Positions 13,087-26,186 of a stretch of 64,000 bases of DNA are shown here, piece after piece; the first letter of the stretch is position 1, and each line of letters opens with the position of its first letter. A program made the position numbers and the translations under genes. The notes below the pieces were generated by a model, which searched no databases, was not told where the DNA came from, and saw nothing but the letters and a program-made list of their open reading frames with translations. Source of the DNA: the human T2T-CHM13v2.0 reference genome, Homo sapiens. The stretch is taken from the NCBI RefSeq assembly GCF_009914755.1, contig NC_060937.1; one strand, written 5' to 3'.

Positions 13087-15349
13087 TGATATGGTTTGGT
13101 TGTGTCCCCACCCAAATCTCATCTCCAATTGTAATCTGAATTGTAATCCCCATGAGTTGAGGGAGGAACAAGGTGGGAGGTGATTGAAACATGGGGACAG
13201 TTTCTCTCATGCTGTTCTCATAACAGTGAGTGAGTTCTCACAAGATCTGGTTGTTTGAGAAGTGTCTGGCACTCTCCCACCCCACCTCCTGCTGCCATGT
13301 AAAATGTGCCTGGCTTTCCTTTCACTTTCCACCACAATTGTAAGTTTCCTGAGGCCTTCCCAGATATGTGGAACTGTGAGTCAATTAAACCTCTTTTGTT
13401 TATAAATTACCCACTCTCAGGTAGTATCTTTATAGCAGCGTGAAAACAGAAAATTGGTACCAGGATAGTGGGATGCTGCTATAAAGATAAACTAAAACTG
13501 TGGAAACAACTTTGGAACTGGGTAATGGGCAGAGGTTGGAACAGTTTGGAAGGCTCAGAAAAAAAAAAAAAAAAACAGGAAAATGTGGGAAAGTTTGGAG
13601 CTTCCTAAAGACTTGTTGAATGGTTTTGACCAAAATGTTGATTGTGATATGGACAATGAAGTCCAGGTTGAGGTGGTCTCAGATGGAGACGAGAAACTTC
13701 TTAGGAACTGGAGCAAAGGTCACTCTTGTTATGCTTTAGCAAAGAGACTGGCAGTAGTTTGCCCCTGCCCTAGAGATCTGTGGAGGTTTGAACCTGAGAG
13801 AGATGATTTGAAATTGGAACTTATTTTTAAAAGGGAAGCAGAGCATAAAAGTTTGGAAACTTTATAGCCTGACCTTGCAGTAGAAAACAAAAACCCATTT
13901 TCTGAGGAGAAATTCAAGCTACCTGCAGAAATTTGCATAAATAATGAGGAGCTGAATGTTAATTTGCCACGACAATGGGAAAAATGTCCCCAGAGCATGT
14001 CAGAGATCTTCAGAGGCAGCCCCTCCCATCACAGGCCCAGAGGCCTAGGAGGGGAAAATGGTTTCATGGGCTGGGCCCAGAGCCCTGCTGCTCTGTGTAA
14101 CCTCTGGACTTGGTGTGCTGTGTCCCAGCTGCTCCAGCTCCAGTGGTGGCTAAAAGGGGCCAAGGTACAGCTTAGGCCACTGCTTCAGTGGGTGCAAGCC
14201 CCAAGCCTTGGGGCTTCCATGTGGTGTTGGGCCTGCAGGTATGCAGAAGACAAGATTTGAGCTTTGGGAGCCTCCACTTAGATTTCAGAGGATGTATGGA
14301 AATGCCTGGATGCTCAGGCAGAAGTCTGCTGCAGGGACACAGCCCTCATGGAGAACCTCTACTTGGACAATGCAGAGAGGAAATATGGGGTTGGAGCCCC
14401 CACACAGAGTCCCCAGTGGGGCACTGCCTAGTGAGCTGTGAGAAGAAGTCCACCAACCTCCAGTCCCCGGAATGGTAGATCCACCTACAGCTTGCATTGT
14501 GCACCTGGAAAAGCCACAGGCACTCAATGCCAGCCCGTGAAAGCAGCCACAGGAACTACACCCTGCAAAGCCACAGGGGTGGAGCTGCCAAAGGCCTTGG
14601 GAGCCCACCCTTGCATCAGCATGCCCCGGATGTGAGACATGGAGTCAGAGGAGATCATTTGAGAGCTTTAAGATTTAATGACTGCCCCTCTGGGTTTCAG
14701 ATTTGCATGGGGCCTGTGACCCCTTTGTTTTGGCCAATTTCTCCCATTTAGAATGGGAACATTTACCCAGTGCCTGTACCCCCATTGTATCTTGGAAGTA
14801 ACCAAATTGTTTTTGATTTTACAGGCTCATAGGTGGAAGAAACTGGCTTGTCACTCAGATGAGACTTTGGACTGTGGACTTTGAGTTAATGCTGAAATGA
14901 GTTAAGACTCTAGGGCACTGTTGAGAAGGCATGATTGCATTTTGAAATGTGAGAAGGACGTGAGATTTGGGAGGGGCTGGGGCAGAATGACTTGGTTTTA
15001 CTCTGTGCCACCACCCAAATCTCATCCAAATTGTAATTCCCACATGTTGAGGGAGGGACCTGGCAGGAGGTGATTGGATCATGAGGACAGTTTCCCCCAT
15101 GCTGTTCTTGTGATAGTGAGTTCTCACAGGATCTGATGATTTTAAAAGTGGCACTTTGCCCTTTGCTGTCTCTCTCTCTCCTGCTGCCATGTAAGATGTG
15201 TCTTGCTTCCTCTTTGCCTTTTGCCTGACTGTAAGTTTCCTGAGGCCTCTCTAGCCATGTGGAACTGTGAGTCAGTTAAACCTCTTTTGTTTATAAACTA
15301 CTCAAGCTCAGGTAGTATCTTTATAGCAGTATGAGAACAGACTAACACA
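13087..15349 (+). mobile_element. Near full-length MaLR (THE1D/MSTA-type): LTR 13087-~13448, internal region, LTR 14988-15349
   Basis: 5' LTR starts TGATATGGTTTGG; internal region starts AAATTGGTACC; purine tract GGGAGGGGCTGGGGCAGAA precedes the 3' LTR, which ends GACTAACACA; internal ORFs are fragmented. Confidence 0.95.
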
Positions 15350-15867
15350 GGAAAAAAGGAGAAATAATTACTTCAGGAAGATAGCACAGTTTGTACAAAA
15401 ACATGTAACTGATGAAATTTATCTTACTTTTTGCCAAAGAAGAAAAGAGAAAACATGGGCTCCAGGGAACTGGTTTTGACAACTACAGAAGTGATTGAAA
15501 CAGGAAAACAAACCAGCAGTGGATCTAAGTCTAGCTGCAGTATGTGGATGTGTGTGAGTTTAAAACAAATACAGCACTCAGAAAGTCCAAGTATGAGACT
15601 TACTGCAAAATTTGTAAGTCTCCCAGAACTCCAGTCAGACCAGAAATTCCACAGGCCCAGATCATCACATGTTTTTTTCTGGTATTTCCACTTTCATTCT
15701 TAGCATAATCTGGAATGTCCAGAGTATGGGAGGGGGCCTGGTCTCATTGTCCCCAACTCACTCTAGCTACTGAAAGTAAATCTCGCTCCTCAGAACTTGT
15801 TCTAAAAGAAGCAAAATAATGTAGAAAGTCACTTCTTGTTCCCTGTCACAATCTTGCAGAAAGGCAA

Positions 15868-16286
15868 TATATTAGGTTTCTCCTGAAAAACAGAACTAAC
15901 AGGATATATATATGTGTATATAGGGAGAAATTTACATTAAGGAATTTGCTCACATGACTATGGAGGCTGGCAAGTCCAAAATCTGCAGAATAGGCCAGAA
16001 GGCTGAAGCCCCAGGAAGAGCTAGTGCTGCATTTCAAGCCTGAAGGCCAAGTGCTGCAGAGTTCCCTCTTGCTCAGGAGCAGTCAGTCTTTTGTTTTAAT
16101 TGGGCTTTCATCTGATTTGATGAGGCCCACTCACATTAGGGAAGGCAATCTGCTTTACTCAACGTCCACCAATTTAAATGTAAATCTCATCCAAAAACAC
16201 CCTCACAAAGACACCCAGAATAATGTTTGACCACTTATCTGGGCACTGTGGCCCAACCAAGTTGACACATAAAAGTAACCATCACA
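15868..16286 (-). mobile_element. ERVL solo LTR (MLT2B-like)
   Basis: Ends AAGTTGACACATAAAAGTAACCATCACA; perfect 5 bp TSD GGCAA on both sides. Confidence 0.9.
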
Positions 16287-17011
16287 GGCAAGTCAGCAAT
16301 CATTCATCAACCTTGAGTCTCATCATATTTGTGTTTTGCAATCTTTCTTCTACAGGTGTTTGATAAACTAGGTGGAGCTCAAAAAATCCAATTAAACGTC
16401 TGGAAATGCATTGTAGAGGAAAAATATTGTGGCCTCTTTCCAAGAGGTTAATTCAATACATCAGAGAATTCTATAATCCTAAAATGCAATTAGGAAGAAC
16501 TCTGGGGCCCATATGATTCAATTTCTAGTCATAGTCAATGAACCTGCTACAGAGACTAAAAGATGAGATACATGAGGCGAAAAGCTGAAGAAGCTCATGT
16601 TTTCTGAGGACAAAGAGGAATGCAGAGAAAAGAAATTAAATTATCTGAACACATTTAAACATTTTCTTATACACATTTCCTGTGTATACACACAAATTCA
16701 CCTGAAAAATTTTAAAATTCCCTTAAGTAAATAAATACATGAGTGTGGTGTGTGTGTGTATATATATATAGACATATATCTAGCCTGAGAACTTTGTGTA
16801 TTTAAATAAATACATATTTAAATCTGTACATTTGAATACTTCCTTATAAGTTTCAAGCTAGCCTCATACTTGATGCTAAAAGTGCTAGAAGCATTCTTAT
16901 TGAGGTCAGAAGCAAACCAAGCATGATTATTATTTATCAACACTCTTACTTAACTTTTTAAAAAATGAGTTAACATAAGGAATATAAAAAATTAAGAGAT
17001 AAAATTTTAAA

Positions 17012-17283
17012 TTTCTTTTTTAGTTAAGTAAAAATATATATATTTGTGACGTACAGTATGATGTTTTGAGGTATGTATACATTGTGAAATGACTAAATCA
17101 AGCTATTTAACATATGTATTACCCTTCCTATCATTTTTTGTGTGTGGTGAAAACACTAAAACCTAGTCTCTGAGGAATTTTTAAGTAGACAATATATTGT
17201 TATTAAATATAGCCATCATGGTGTACAATAGATCTCTTGAACTTATTCTTCCTATCTAGTTGAAATTTTGTGAACTTTGACAA
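17012..17283 (-). mobile_element. L1MA 3' end (L1MA8-like)
   Basis: GTACAGTATGATGTTTTGAGGTATGTATACATTGTGAAATGACTAAATCAAGCTA...TAGATCTCTTGAACTTATTC. Confidence 0.8.
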
Positions 17284-18293
17284 GCAATAAGATAAAAAAT
17301 TTTATATAAGTGGAAAATTATTTTTTAGATTTTAAAGAACTCAAGAATATAAACTTAATAATATGTAAACAATAAGAGATTTCTATAAAGTGGCTGGGTT
17401 CAAAATGAATATATAAAAATGAATAGCCTTACTAAATAGAAATAACCACCAACTAGGAAAAAAAAGGAAGAAAATAACCTACTTACAAAGTAACCACAAA
17501 CAAACAAACAAACAAGCAATAGGAATAAACTTAAAGTTATGAGTTAGACCTGTGAGAAAAAAATTAAATACTTCAAAGAAGACTTGAATATAATGTAAAG
17601 GATACTCTGTTCTTAAGTAAGAAGACTTAATAATTATAAGAATATCAATTCTGTATAAATTAATCTATAAATTTTCATCCCACTGTCAAATGTCACCACA
17701 CACAAAAAAAGATAGGCAAAAATTTTTAACTAAACTTATTTTAAAATTCATGTAAAAATAAACATCCATGTATAACTAGAATAATTCTAGAAAAAAATGA
17801 AGACTAGATATTAAAACATTTTAAAACAAAAATAATTTAAATAATGTGGTATGTAGAAAAAGACAGTCTAAAGGAAGAAAAAAATGGATACTAGAAATGT
17901 ACAAAAAAACCATATACTTGAATTTATAGTACGTTAAAGGAGGCATTAGATGTAAGTACAGGAAAAGATAGAATCTTCAGTAAATGAAGTTTTGATAACT
18001 TGATAACATTTTGGAAAAAAGTTCATCTTTCACTCCAAAATTTCTAGATAAATCTAATATTAAAATAAAAAACAGAAGAAATTACAAAAGTATTGGAAGA
18101 AAACATGGGTGAATTTTTTAACATAATATTGGCAAGGGAAAGACTCCTAAGCCAAAGAAGATTCACAACTTTGACTACATTAAAAAGACAAAAATTGAGA
18201 AAAACATTCAAAACATATGTCTAACAAAGTTTTAATTTTCTTAATATCCAAAGAACTATAAAGCAAGAAGAGAAAGATTTAATAATTGTATTA

Positions 18294-18630
<337 letters not shown>

Positions 18631-20451
18631 AAATCAAGCAAAGGTCTTGACCATGTAGTACTCAGAAATCTGCAGCTTAAAACTCTATGGAGAGAATATT
18701 TTTTCGCTTGTCAAATGAACAAAGATCAAAGTTTGATGAAACATTCCATGTGGAAGAAATGGGCAACAACTCTAGTGCATTGTTGCTTGGGGTGTACATT
18801 GGTGCAAATTTATAGAGGTTAACTTGAAAATACCTAATAAAATTCAAAATTTATATTGCTTTGACTCAACAGTTTTATTTCTTGGAATTTATTCTACACA
18901 TAGTGTCTCACATGTGCACAAAGACATGTCAAAGGCTATTTATTATAGCACTGCTTGCAATAGCAAAATGTACCTAAATGTACATCAATAAGTCAACTAC
19001 AGTACACAGTAAAATACTAACAGAAAATTTTAGAAGTCATTTCTATATCTACTAAAATGGATAATTTCCAAAATATAATAACGAATGAAAAAAATCAAGA
19101 TATAGAAAAGCATGTGCAATATTCTAGTGTGTGTGCAAATTAAAGGGGAGATAGGGTATGTGCTTGTCTGGTGTAGGCAGTGTGTCTGTAGCATGATGCT
19201 CAATAAAGTGGGTACAGTGATGAGAAACCAAGGTTATAGAACAAGATGGGAAGAAAACCTAATTTTCACCACTATATATTGTTCTGTAATTTTTAAAATT
19301 GTGCACCATATGTATAGATTACCTCTTCTAAGTGAATAGATAAATTCAAAGTCATTGGAAATTTTGTGGGCAGCTAATTCACAAAATCAAATTGTAAAAG
19401 AAATATTATAACAACAGGAGCTAGTGATGATAATATTATATATTGTGCTCACAGCATTCTTGAATAGCTAAAAAGTCAATATTAAAAGTCTTCATATGTA
19501 CATGTTCATATGTGTGTGTGTGTGTGTGTATTTGACATAAGAAAACTTAAAGACAATGGCCAAGCAGTTTTAAAAATGTATTAAACACAGCTATATGTCA
19601 AGCAATAGGAAGAAAATACAAAGAAGAAGAAACATTTCCTGCCCTTAAGCCACTTCATACTTAATAGAATAAATGGGTCCAAGATAATAAGAAAGAAAAA
19701 AATTAATGAGCAGCTCAGACTGAAATAACTTAGGGTGGCTCAGGTAACACTAAAAGATGATTGTAGAGATATCTTTCAGAAGGAAAAAGGTAATTAAAAT
19801 CTTGGCCCTCTCTGACTTCCAAGACCTTAATAATTCTCTTTAAAGAACAAAGTTCCAGCTCCAATCATCATCAGCTGCCCACAATTGCCGACACCATCTC
19901 TGTTAGATGGGAGTATTCTGTTCTGACCTGGCACATAACATAGATGTGCAGCTGTCAAACAGCCAGTAACTCAGCCGACAGAGACCATGAAGGACACAGA
20001 AGGTAGAATAAGTACCATAAATAGTGTACAAAATGTTTCAGAAAACACTGTGTCATCACTATCAAGAACATCACTTTACAACTCCAAAAGGTTAAAGAAA
20101 ATAACAACTGACTAAAGGTACTCTTATATGTAACGCCCATCTGGAGAACATTCCACATTCTCTTCTAGTTTATTTTTATGCATATCAATCCTCTTCTAGG
20201 ATTTGTAACTTAGTAGATCAAAAAGAACCTCAAAAATGACGTTTCTAAATCTACATTTTTTTGATACTCTCTACATTGATTTACACATTCCATTGACTTA
20301 CACATATTCTGCTGAGTCTTAGAAATTTATAAAACCTTGAGCTTTGGTTTAAAATTTGGATCTTAAAGTATCATCAACAGTTCATTGAGATACGAAATTC
20401 TTTTCCAAAAACTCAAAAAGACCCAAATATGATCACCTCAGATCTGTAAAT

Positions 20452-20671
20452 CAGGGGTCAGCTAACTACGGCCTGGGAGCCAAATCTAGCCCACTGACTA
20501 ATTCTGTAAATAAAAATTTTTGGAACGTACCCACTATCATCTGCTTGCATGTTGTCTATGGCTACTTTCACACCGTAAGAAGCAAGTACAGTAGTCACCA
20601 TGGAAACCATATGGTCTGCAGCCTAAAGTATTTACTGTCTAGCTCTGAAAGAAAATGTTTTCTGACCCCTG
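20452..20671 (+). mobile_element. MER58A-like hAT-Charlie MITE
   Basis: Terminal inverted repeats CAGGGGTCAG...CTGACCCCTG; 220 bp; internal sequence resembles MER58A. Confidence 0.85.
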
Positions 20672-20769
20672 ATTGAGACTCATGGAATCACGGCCTGAAA
20701 ATCCAGAGAAACTTTTCTTTCTTAGCTATGTGATTACATCAGCAATAATTAAGATTCTCACTCAGATAA

Positions 20770-20976
20770 TAGCATAGGCTTTCAAGCTGAACAGCCTCAG
20801 GTTTCCATCCTGTATTGACCATGTTTTGTATACTTAGCCAAGTTGCTTATTCTCTTGGTGCCTATTTTCTCATCTGTAATATGAGGATAATAATATACAT
20901 AGTACAAGATCATTGTGAGAATTAGAAAGAGATGTTATTTGTAATGCCTTTTACAGGGCAAAGTAAAAACACCAAT
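20770..20976 (+). mobile_element. MIR
   Basis: CAAGTTGCTTATTCTCTTGGTGCCTATTTTCTCATCTGTAATATGAGGATAATAATA. Confidence 0.75.
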
Positions 20977-21024
20977 GGACAAGAATTCAACTATCTCAAA
21001 GGACATCCTTTCTATGTGTTTGAT

Positions 21025-21631
21025 TATTTATCAGTCTTAAAACAACCACCATTTTATTATAGCACAATTTTATGGTTAAGGGATTCAGGCAGGGATCCTC
21101 TGAGTGTCTACTGTTCCATGTGGTGTCAACTGTGAATGGACTGGTCCGGAGGTTTCCAGAGAACTAGACTCTACTATGACTGGATAGGTTGTCCATAAAG
21201 GCTGAGCTCAGGCCAGGTGCAGTGGCTTATGCCTGTAATCCCAGCACTTTGGGAGGCCTAGATGGGTGGATCACTTGTGCTTAGGAATTTAAGACTAGTT
21301 TGGGCAACATGAAAAACCCTATCACTACCAGGAAAAAAAAAAAAAAAGGCTGGGCTCCGCTAGGACTATCAACCGGAGCACTGACATGAAGCGTCTCAAG
21401 CATGGCAGTCTCAAGGCAAATGGGCTTATTTTAGAGCAGCTCAGGGCTCCAGAGAGAGTGTTCCAAGGAGAAAAGGCAGCAGCGCTAAGACTTGTTGTGA
21501 CCTAGCCTTGTGAGTCCCATAGTGTCACTTCCACCACCACACTCCATTGATCAAGCAAGTCTCCGAGGCCAGACTCTAACTCTCAATAGCAGGAGTCACA
21601 GAGAATTTACAGCCATCCTTAATCTACCATG
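21025..21631 (-). mobile_element. MaLR LTR (MLT1H-like) split by a FLAM
   Basis: TTAAAACAACCACCATTTTATT...GTGTCACTTCCACC...GCCATCCTTAATCTACCA. Confidence 0.7.
21211..21347 (+). mobile_element. FLAM_C / free left Alu monomer
   Basis: Single Alu left arm plus poly-A; TSD AAAGGCTG(A/G)GCTC. Confidence 0.88.
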
Positions 21632-21649
21632 ACATTAGACTAAAATCAG

Positions 21650-22303
<654 letters not shown>

Positions 22304-23468
22304 TCAATGCCCTCATTTTTATTTTGTAGAATCTATCAGATTAGCTAAACCACCATTCTAATTACACCTATAAAATAACCAAAAAAAGGCACTTTCTTCT
22401 TCCGAGGGAAATAAGTACAGTGTTGCTAAAAATATGAAAGATGATAGCTATATTTGAGAAGTATTTTGAGCAATTTGAAATGGAAAGTGATAGCCATCTA
22501 CTAACCTGTTTCTTTCCTCAAATATAGAAATATAATTTGTATTTACATTTTTTAATGTATGTTTATTGCAGATGTGTTGGGAGGTAGGGGTGAGCCCAAG
22601 ATGCAAAGGAATTGTGTAATGTGTCATTTGCCACATCCAAGTGGGTAGTTCTACCAAGAAATGCAATGGAACTAAATTGAAAAAGTGAAGTGCAATTGGC
22701 CCTCATGTGCTGCACAGATGCTAGATCCAAAATAGATACAAGGGCCCCAGAGCATAGCTGAGGCAGAGCTCTCTGGAACAAGCTAACAGCTTCATTTTCT
22801 GTGGCTCCTTGCAAACAGTGAAAACTTCAGAATTGGAGTGGGAGGGAGGATCAAAGATTGAAGTTTTTGTGTGAGAAAGAGTATAATAGTGTAAATGAGA
22901 AAAATAACTGAAATCTATTTTAGAAATTCTCTTTTTGTGCAAATAGAAAACTGTCTTTATAAAATTTATGATTTTCTTTTTAAAATGTCACTCTCATATA
23001 CAAAAGAAAGAGCTTTTTAATAGTGTTTATTGTATTTGTGTCACTTTAATGGACATATCTTGGAGGCTGGATGGGAGAATGGCCATAGAATCCTTGTAGT
23101 ACACTAGACTAGAATCAGGCTCATTTATTTTAACCACTAGTATTTTACTTGATGGGCAAACGAGCTCTTTAAAGGGATACTTTAAGATCAGTGGCACTGT
23201 TTCCATTTCAAAACAATGCTTCCTAAAAGAACATCCATTAATCAGATTAGCAACTAACAATTTTTGTTTAAATAAGGCAAGTTTGTCTTTCTATATATAT
23301 TTTTTCTTTTGGGAGTGTGACCCACTGAAGAAAATACACACACAATCAAACATACTACAATATTAACAAGTATTTAATATTGTTATTTCACAATTTAAAC
23401 CATTAAATTTGTTAAGTTTATCATTTAAAATATGATAAAATCAACTGGAGATAAAATCAACATTTGTC

Positions 23469-24078
23469 ATTCAACCATCGTGGAAGACAGTGTGGTGATT
23501 CTTCAAGGATCTAGAACTAGAAATACCATTTGACCCAGCAATCCCATTACTGGGTATATACCCAAAGGATTATAAATCATTCTACTATAAAGACACATGC
23601 ACACGTACGTTTACTGCAGCACTGTTCACAATAGCAAAGACTTGGAACCAACCCAAATGCCTATCAGTGATTAACTGGATAAAGAAAATGTGGCACCTAT
23701 ACACCATGGAATATTATGCAGCCATAAAAAAGGATGAATTCATGTCCTTTGCAGGGACGTGAATGATGCTGGAAACCATCATTCTCAACAAACTAACACA
23801 ATAACAGAAAACCAAACACCGCATGTTTTCACTCATAAGTGGGAGCTGAACAATGAGAACACATGGACACAGGGAGGGGAACATCACACACCAGGGCCTG
23901 TTGGGGGGTGGGGGACTAGGGGAGGGATAGCATTAGGACAAATACGTAATGTAGATAACGTATTGATGGGTGCAGGAAAACACCATGGCACGTGTATACC
24001 TACCTATGTAACAAACCTGGACGTTCGGCACATGTATCCCAGAACGTAAAGTATAATAAAAAAATTAATAAAATTTTA
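23469..24078 (+). mobile_element. L1PA7-like 3' fragment
   Basis: ORF2 end, G-rich 3' UTR, TAATGTAGAT diagnostic, A-tail; TSD AAAATCAACATTT. Confidence 0.93.
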
Positions 24079-24309
24079 AAAATCAACATTTCTTGACATA
24101 TTTATTTATATATTTTGTTAAATAAACTTTTATTTAATAAAAAGATGTTTTGGCTCTGAGGTTGTTCTTCTCAGTGGCATATCTACATTTGCCATGCAAT
24201 ATATATCCTCAAGCCAAGGGACGCCATTCATGAGAGCCTAAATACACAGGCGTGAAGTCCTGGCTTCTTAGAAAGGAACCACTCTTCAAGAAGAATGAAT
24301 CACATCCAT

Positions 24310-24447
24310 TAATAATGACTCATAATTATAACATATTGCAGTTTATAAAATGCTTTCACATAAATTGCCTCATCTGATCCTCACAAGATTGTGAGTTAAA
24401 TTTTACTCTGCCCATTCTATAGTTAGAGAAATAGAGGATCTGAAAAG
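24310..24447 (-). mobile_element. MIR
   Basis: TGCTTTCACATAAATTGCCTCATCTGATCCTCACAA...CCCATTCTATAG. Confidence 0.65.
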
Positions 24448-24599
24448 ACAGGGTTTTTCCTTTCCCCCACAAGTTTCTGTCCAGCCCCGAGGTGAGGTGG
24501 CACTTTGAGTATGCGCTTTCCGCTGCGCCGTCCTCTCAGACTCCACACTACTCAGCAGCACTTTCTGTTCTGGTCACAGGGATTTTCTTTCTGTCTCCA

Positions 24600-25320
24600 T
24601 TGAAACCCCCTCTCCAGCCTCTGTCTGTTTAAATGCCACCCACTTCTCTTGCTTGCCTGAACACCTTTAGCCCAGAAAGACTTCCCTAAACACTTCAGCC
24701 CACACCTATCTCACCTTTTGACAATATTCCACATTACTTACTATCTGTAGTGCTCCACGGTATCCGGCTATGCTATTGCCCCTCTCCTTCTCTAATATAT
24801 GCAAGTCTTAGAGGCATCCAAGTGGCATATAAATACCTTGAGTTAAGGGGCTGTGCCATCCCCTCTCCTTCCCCCAGGTGCCAGGCACAGTTCTGTGTAC
24901 AGAGGCGAATATTTGCTATTCAAATGAGCAATTTGAAAATCTCTCTTCTTCAGCCAGGTGCCTGGTGTCATTCCTCTTCCTGAAAAGCCCCCTGTGCTTC
25001 AACCTCCCCAACTCCTAATTATCCTTAGGTCTCAGCTCACGTCACCGTCACCTCCTTTGTGAAGCTGCCCTGAATCATCAGGGAAATTTTAGTCACTGTC
25101 TCCCAGTATTTGTCACACTCTGGTAATTATTTACGTTTGTCTCCCCCACCAAACGACCTGGAAAACGCATGCAACAATCGATACCAGCCATAATGTCAAA
25201 CACCTCCCGTTTTCTTCTCCAATTGTTAATGGAAGGAATCCTTAAAACTCCAGTTAGATTGTAAATTCCTTTGAATATGGAGTATGTCTTGGTAGATATT
25301 TGTGGAGTGAATGCAGATCT
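24600..25320 (+). mobile_element. L2 fragments
   Basis: GTGCCAGGCACAG...AATATTTGC; ATCCTTAGGTCTCAGCTCA...CACCTCCT; AGATTGTAAATTCCTTTGA. Confidence 0.5.
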
Positions 25321-25924
25321 TGGGAAAAGATTAGGTCTGAAGCAGTAAAATCATCTCCAATGAAACACATTCAACACTGAAGAAGAATAAACTAATTGCA
25401 CAAAGCCTTTTAAAAATCACCCAAATATTTTTTCAGAGAAAATTAGTATATATTTATCAAATTTTATTGTCATAAACAAATCATTAAGTTCACAACACAT
25501 TTGGCACAAACCTATTGGAAGAAAATTGATGGGAAGCAAAGAAGGCTGTCCTGTGAATCTTGTTTTTTTTTTTTACAAAAAAAAATCGGATACAAATATT
25601 TCTTACAACTCTAAGATGAGCTATGTGCTCCATAAAGATTTTGTCTAATTCCTAAAATATATGGAATTTGACTTTCCATAGCACATTTTACATTCAGGAT
25701 AATGAGAAGTAATGAACTGAATATAGACTATTATATAAAAGTGAATACTGTGATCATTCAGCTTGAACATTAGAATCCATTTTAATTATGTCTTAGTAAA
25801 TTTAGTCTATTTTAATTATAGCCTAGTGAATTTCATGGTATGAAAAAGTATTTAGAGTCCTTGATCTGGAATGGCAATGCTGTTTATTCAAGACTGGCCT
25901 TGTATGGGAATAAACATGGGAACA

Positions 25925-26062
25925 AGAACTCAAACTACTGGATCAGGATCACCTGGAGAAACTTGCTAAATGCTCTGGCCTCAGCCCCAGAGATTCTGAA
26001 TCAACTTTTCTACTTTTAATAATAGTAATAGTGATTCATACTAAAATTTGGAGACCAATGTC
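25925..26062. mobile_element. MER5-like hAT MITE
   Basis: ATCAGGATCACCTGGAGAAACTTGCTAAA...CCCCAGAGATTCTGAATCA...AAATTTGGAGACCAATG. Confidence 0.6.
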
Positions 26063-26077
26063 CTAGGGGCATAAACT

Positions 26078-26186
26078 CAGTGATGCTGAAGCCAGCTCCT
26101 TCCCAACTCTTTCTCCAGTGATGACACACTGGAGACTAAATCAATCATGGTGGCTATATTGTTAAACATTTACCAGCACTCCACTG
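26078..26186. mobile_element. MER63-like hAT-Blackjack remnant
   Basis: CAGTGATGCTG...TTGTTAAACATTTACCAGCACTCCACTG termini. Confidence 0.55.

Noticed and set aside
13583-14751. Cluster of overlapping ORFs
   Set aside because: Decayed MaLR internal sequence.
26112-26135. 9 bp hairpin containing a C-box-like GTGATGA
   Set aside because: Too short for a C/D snoRNA, has no suitably placed D box, and lies within a MITE remnant.
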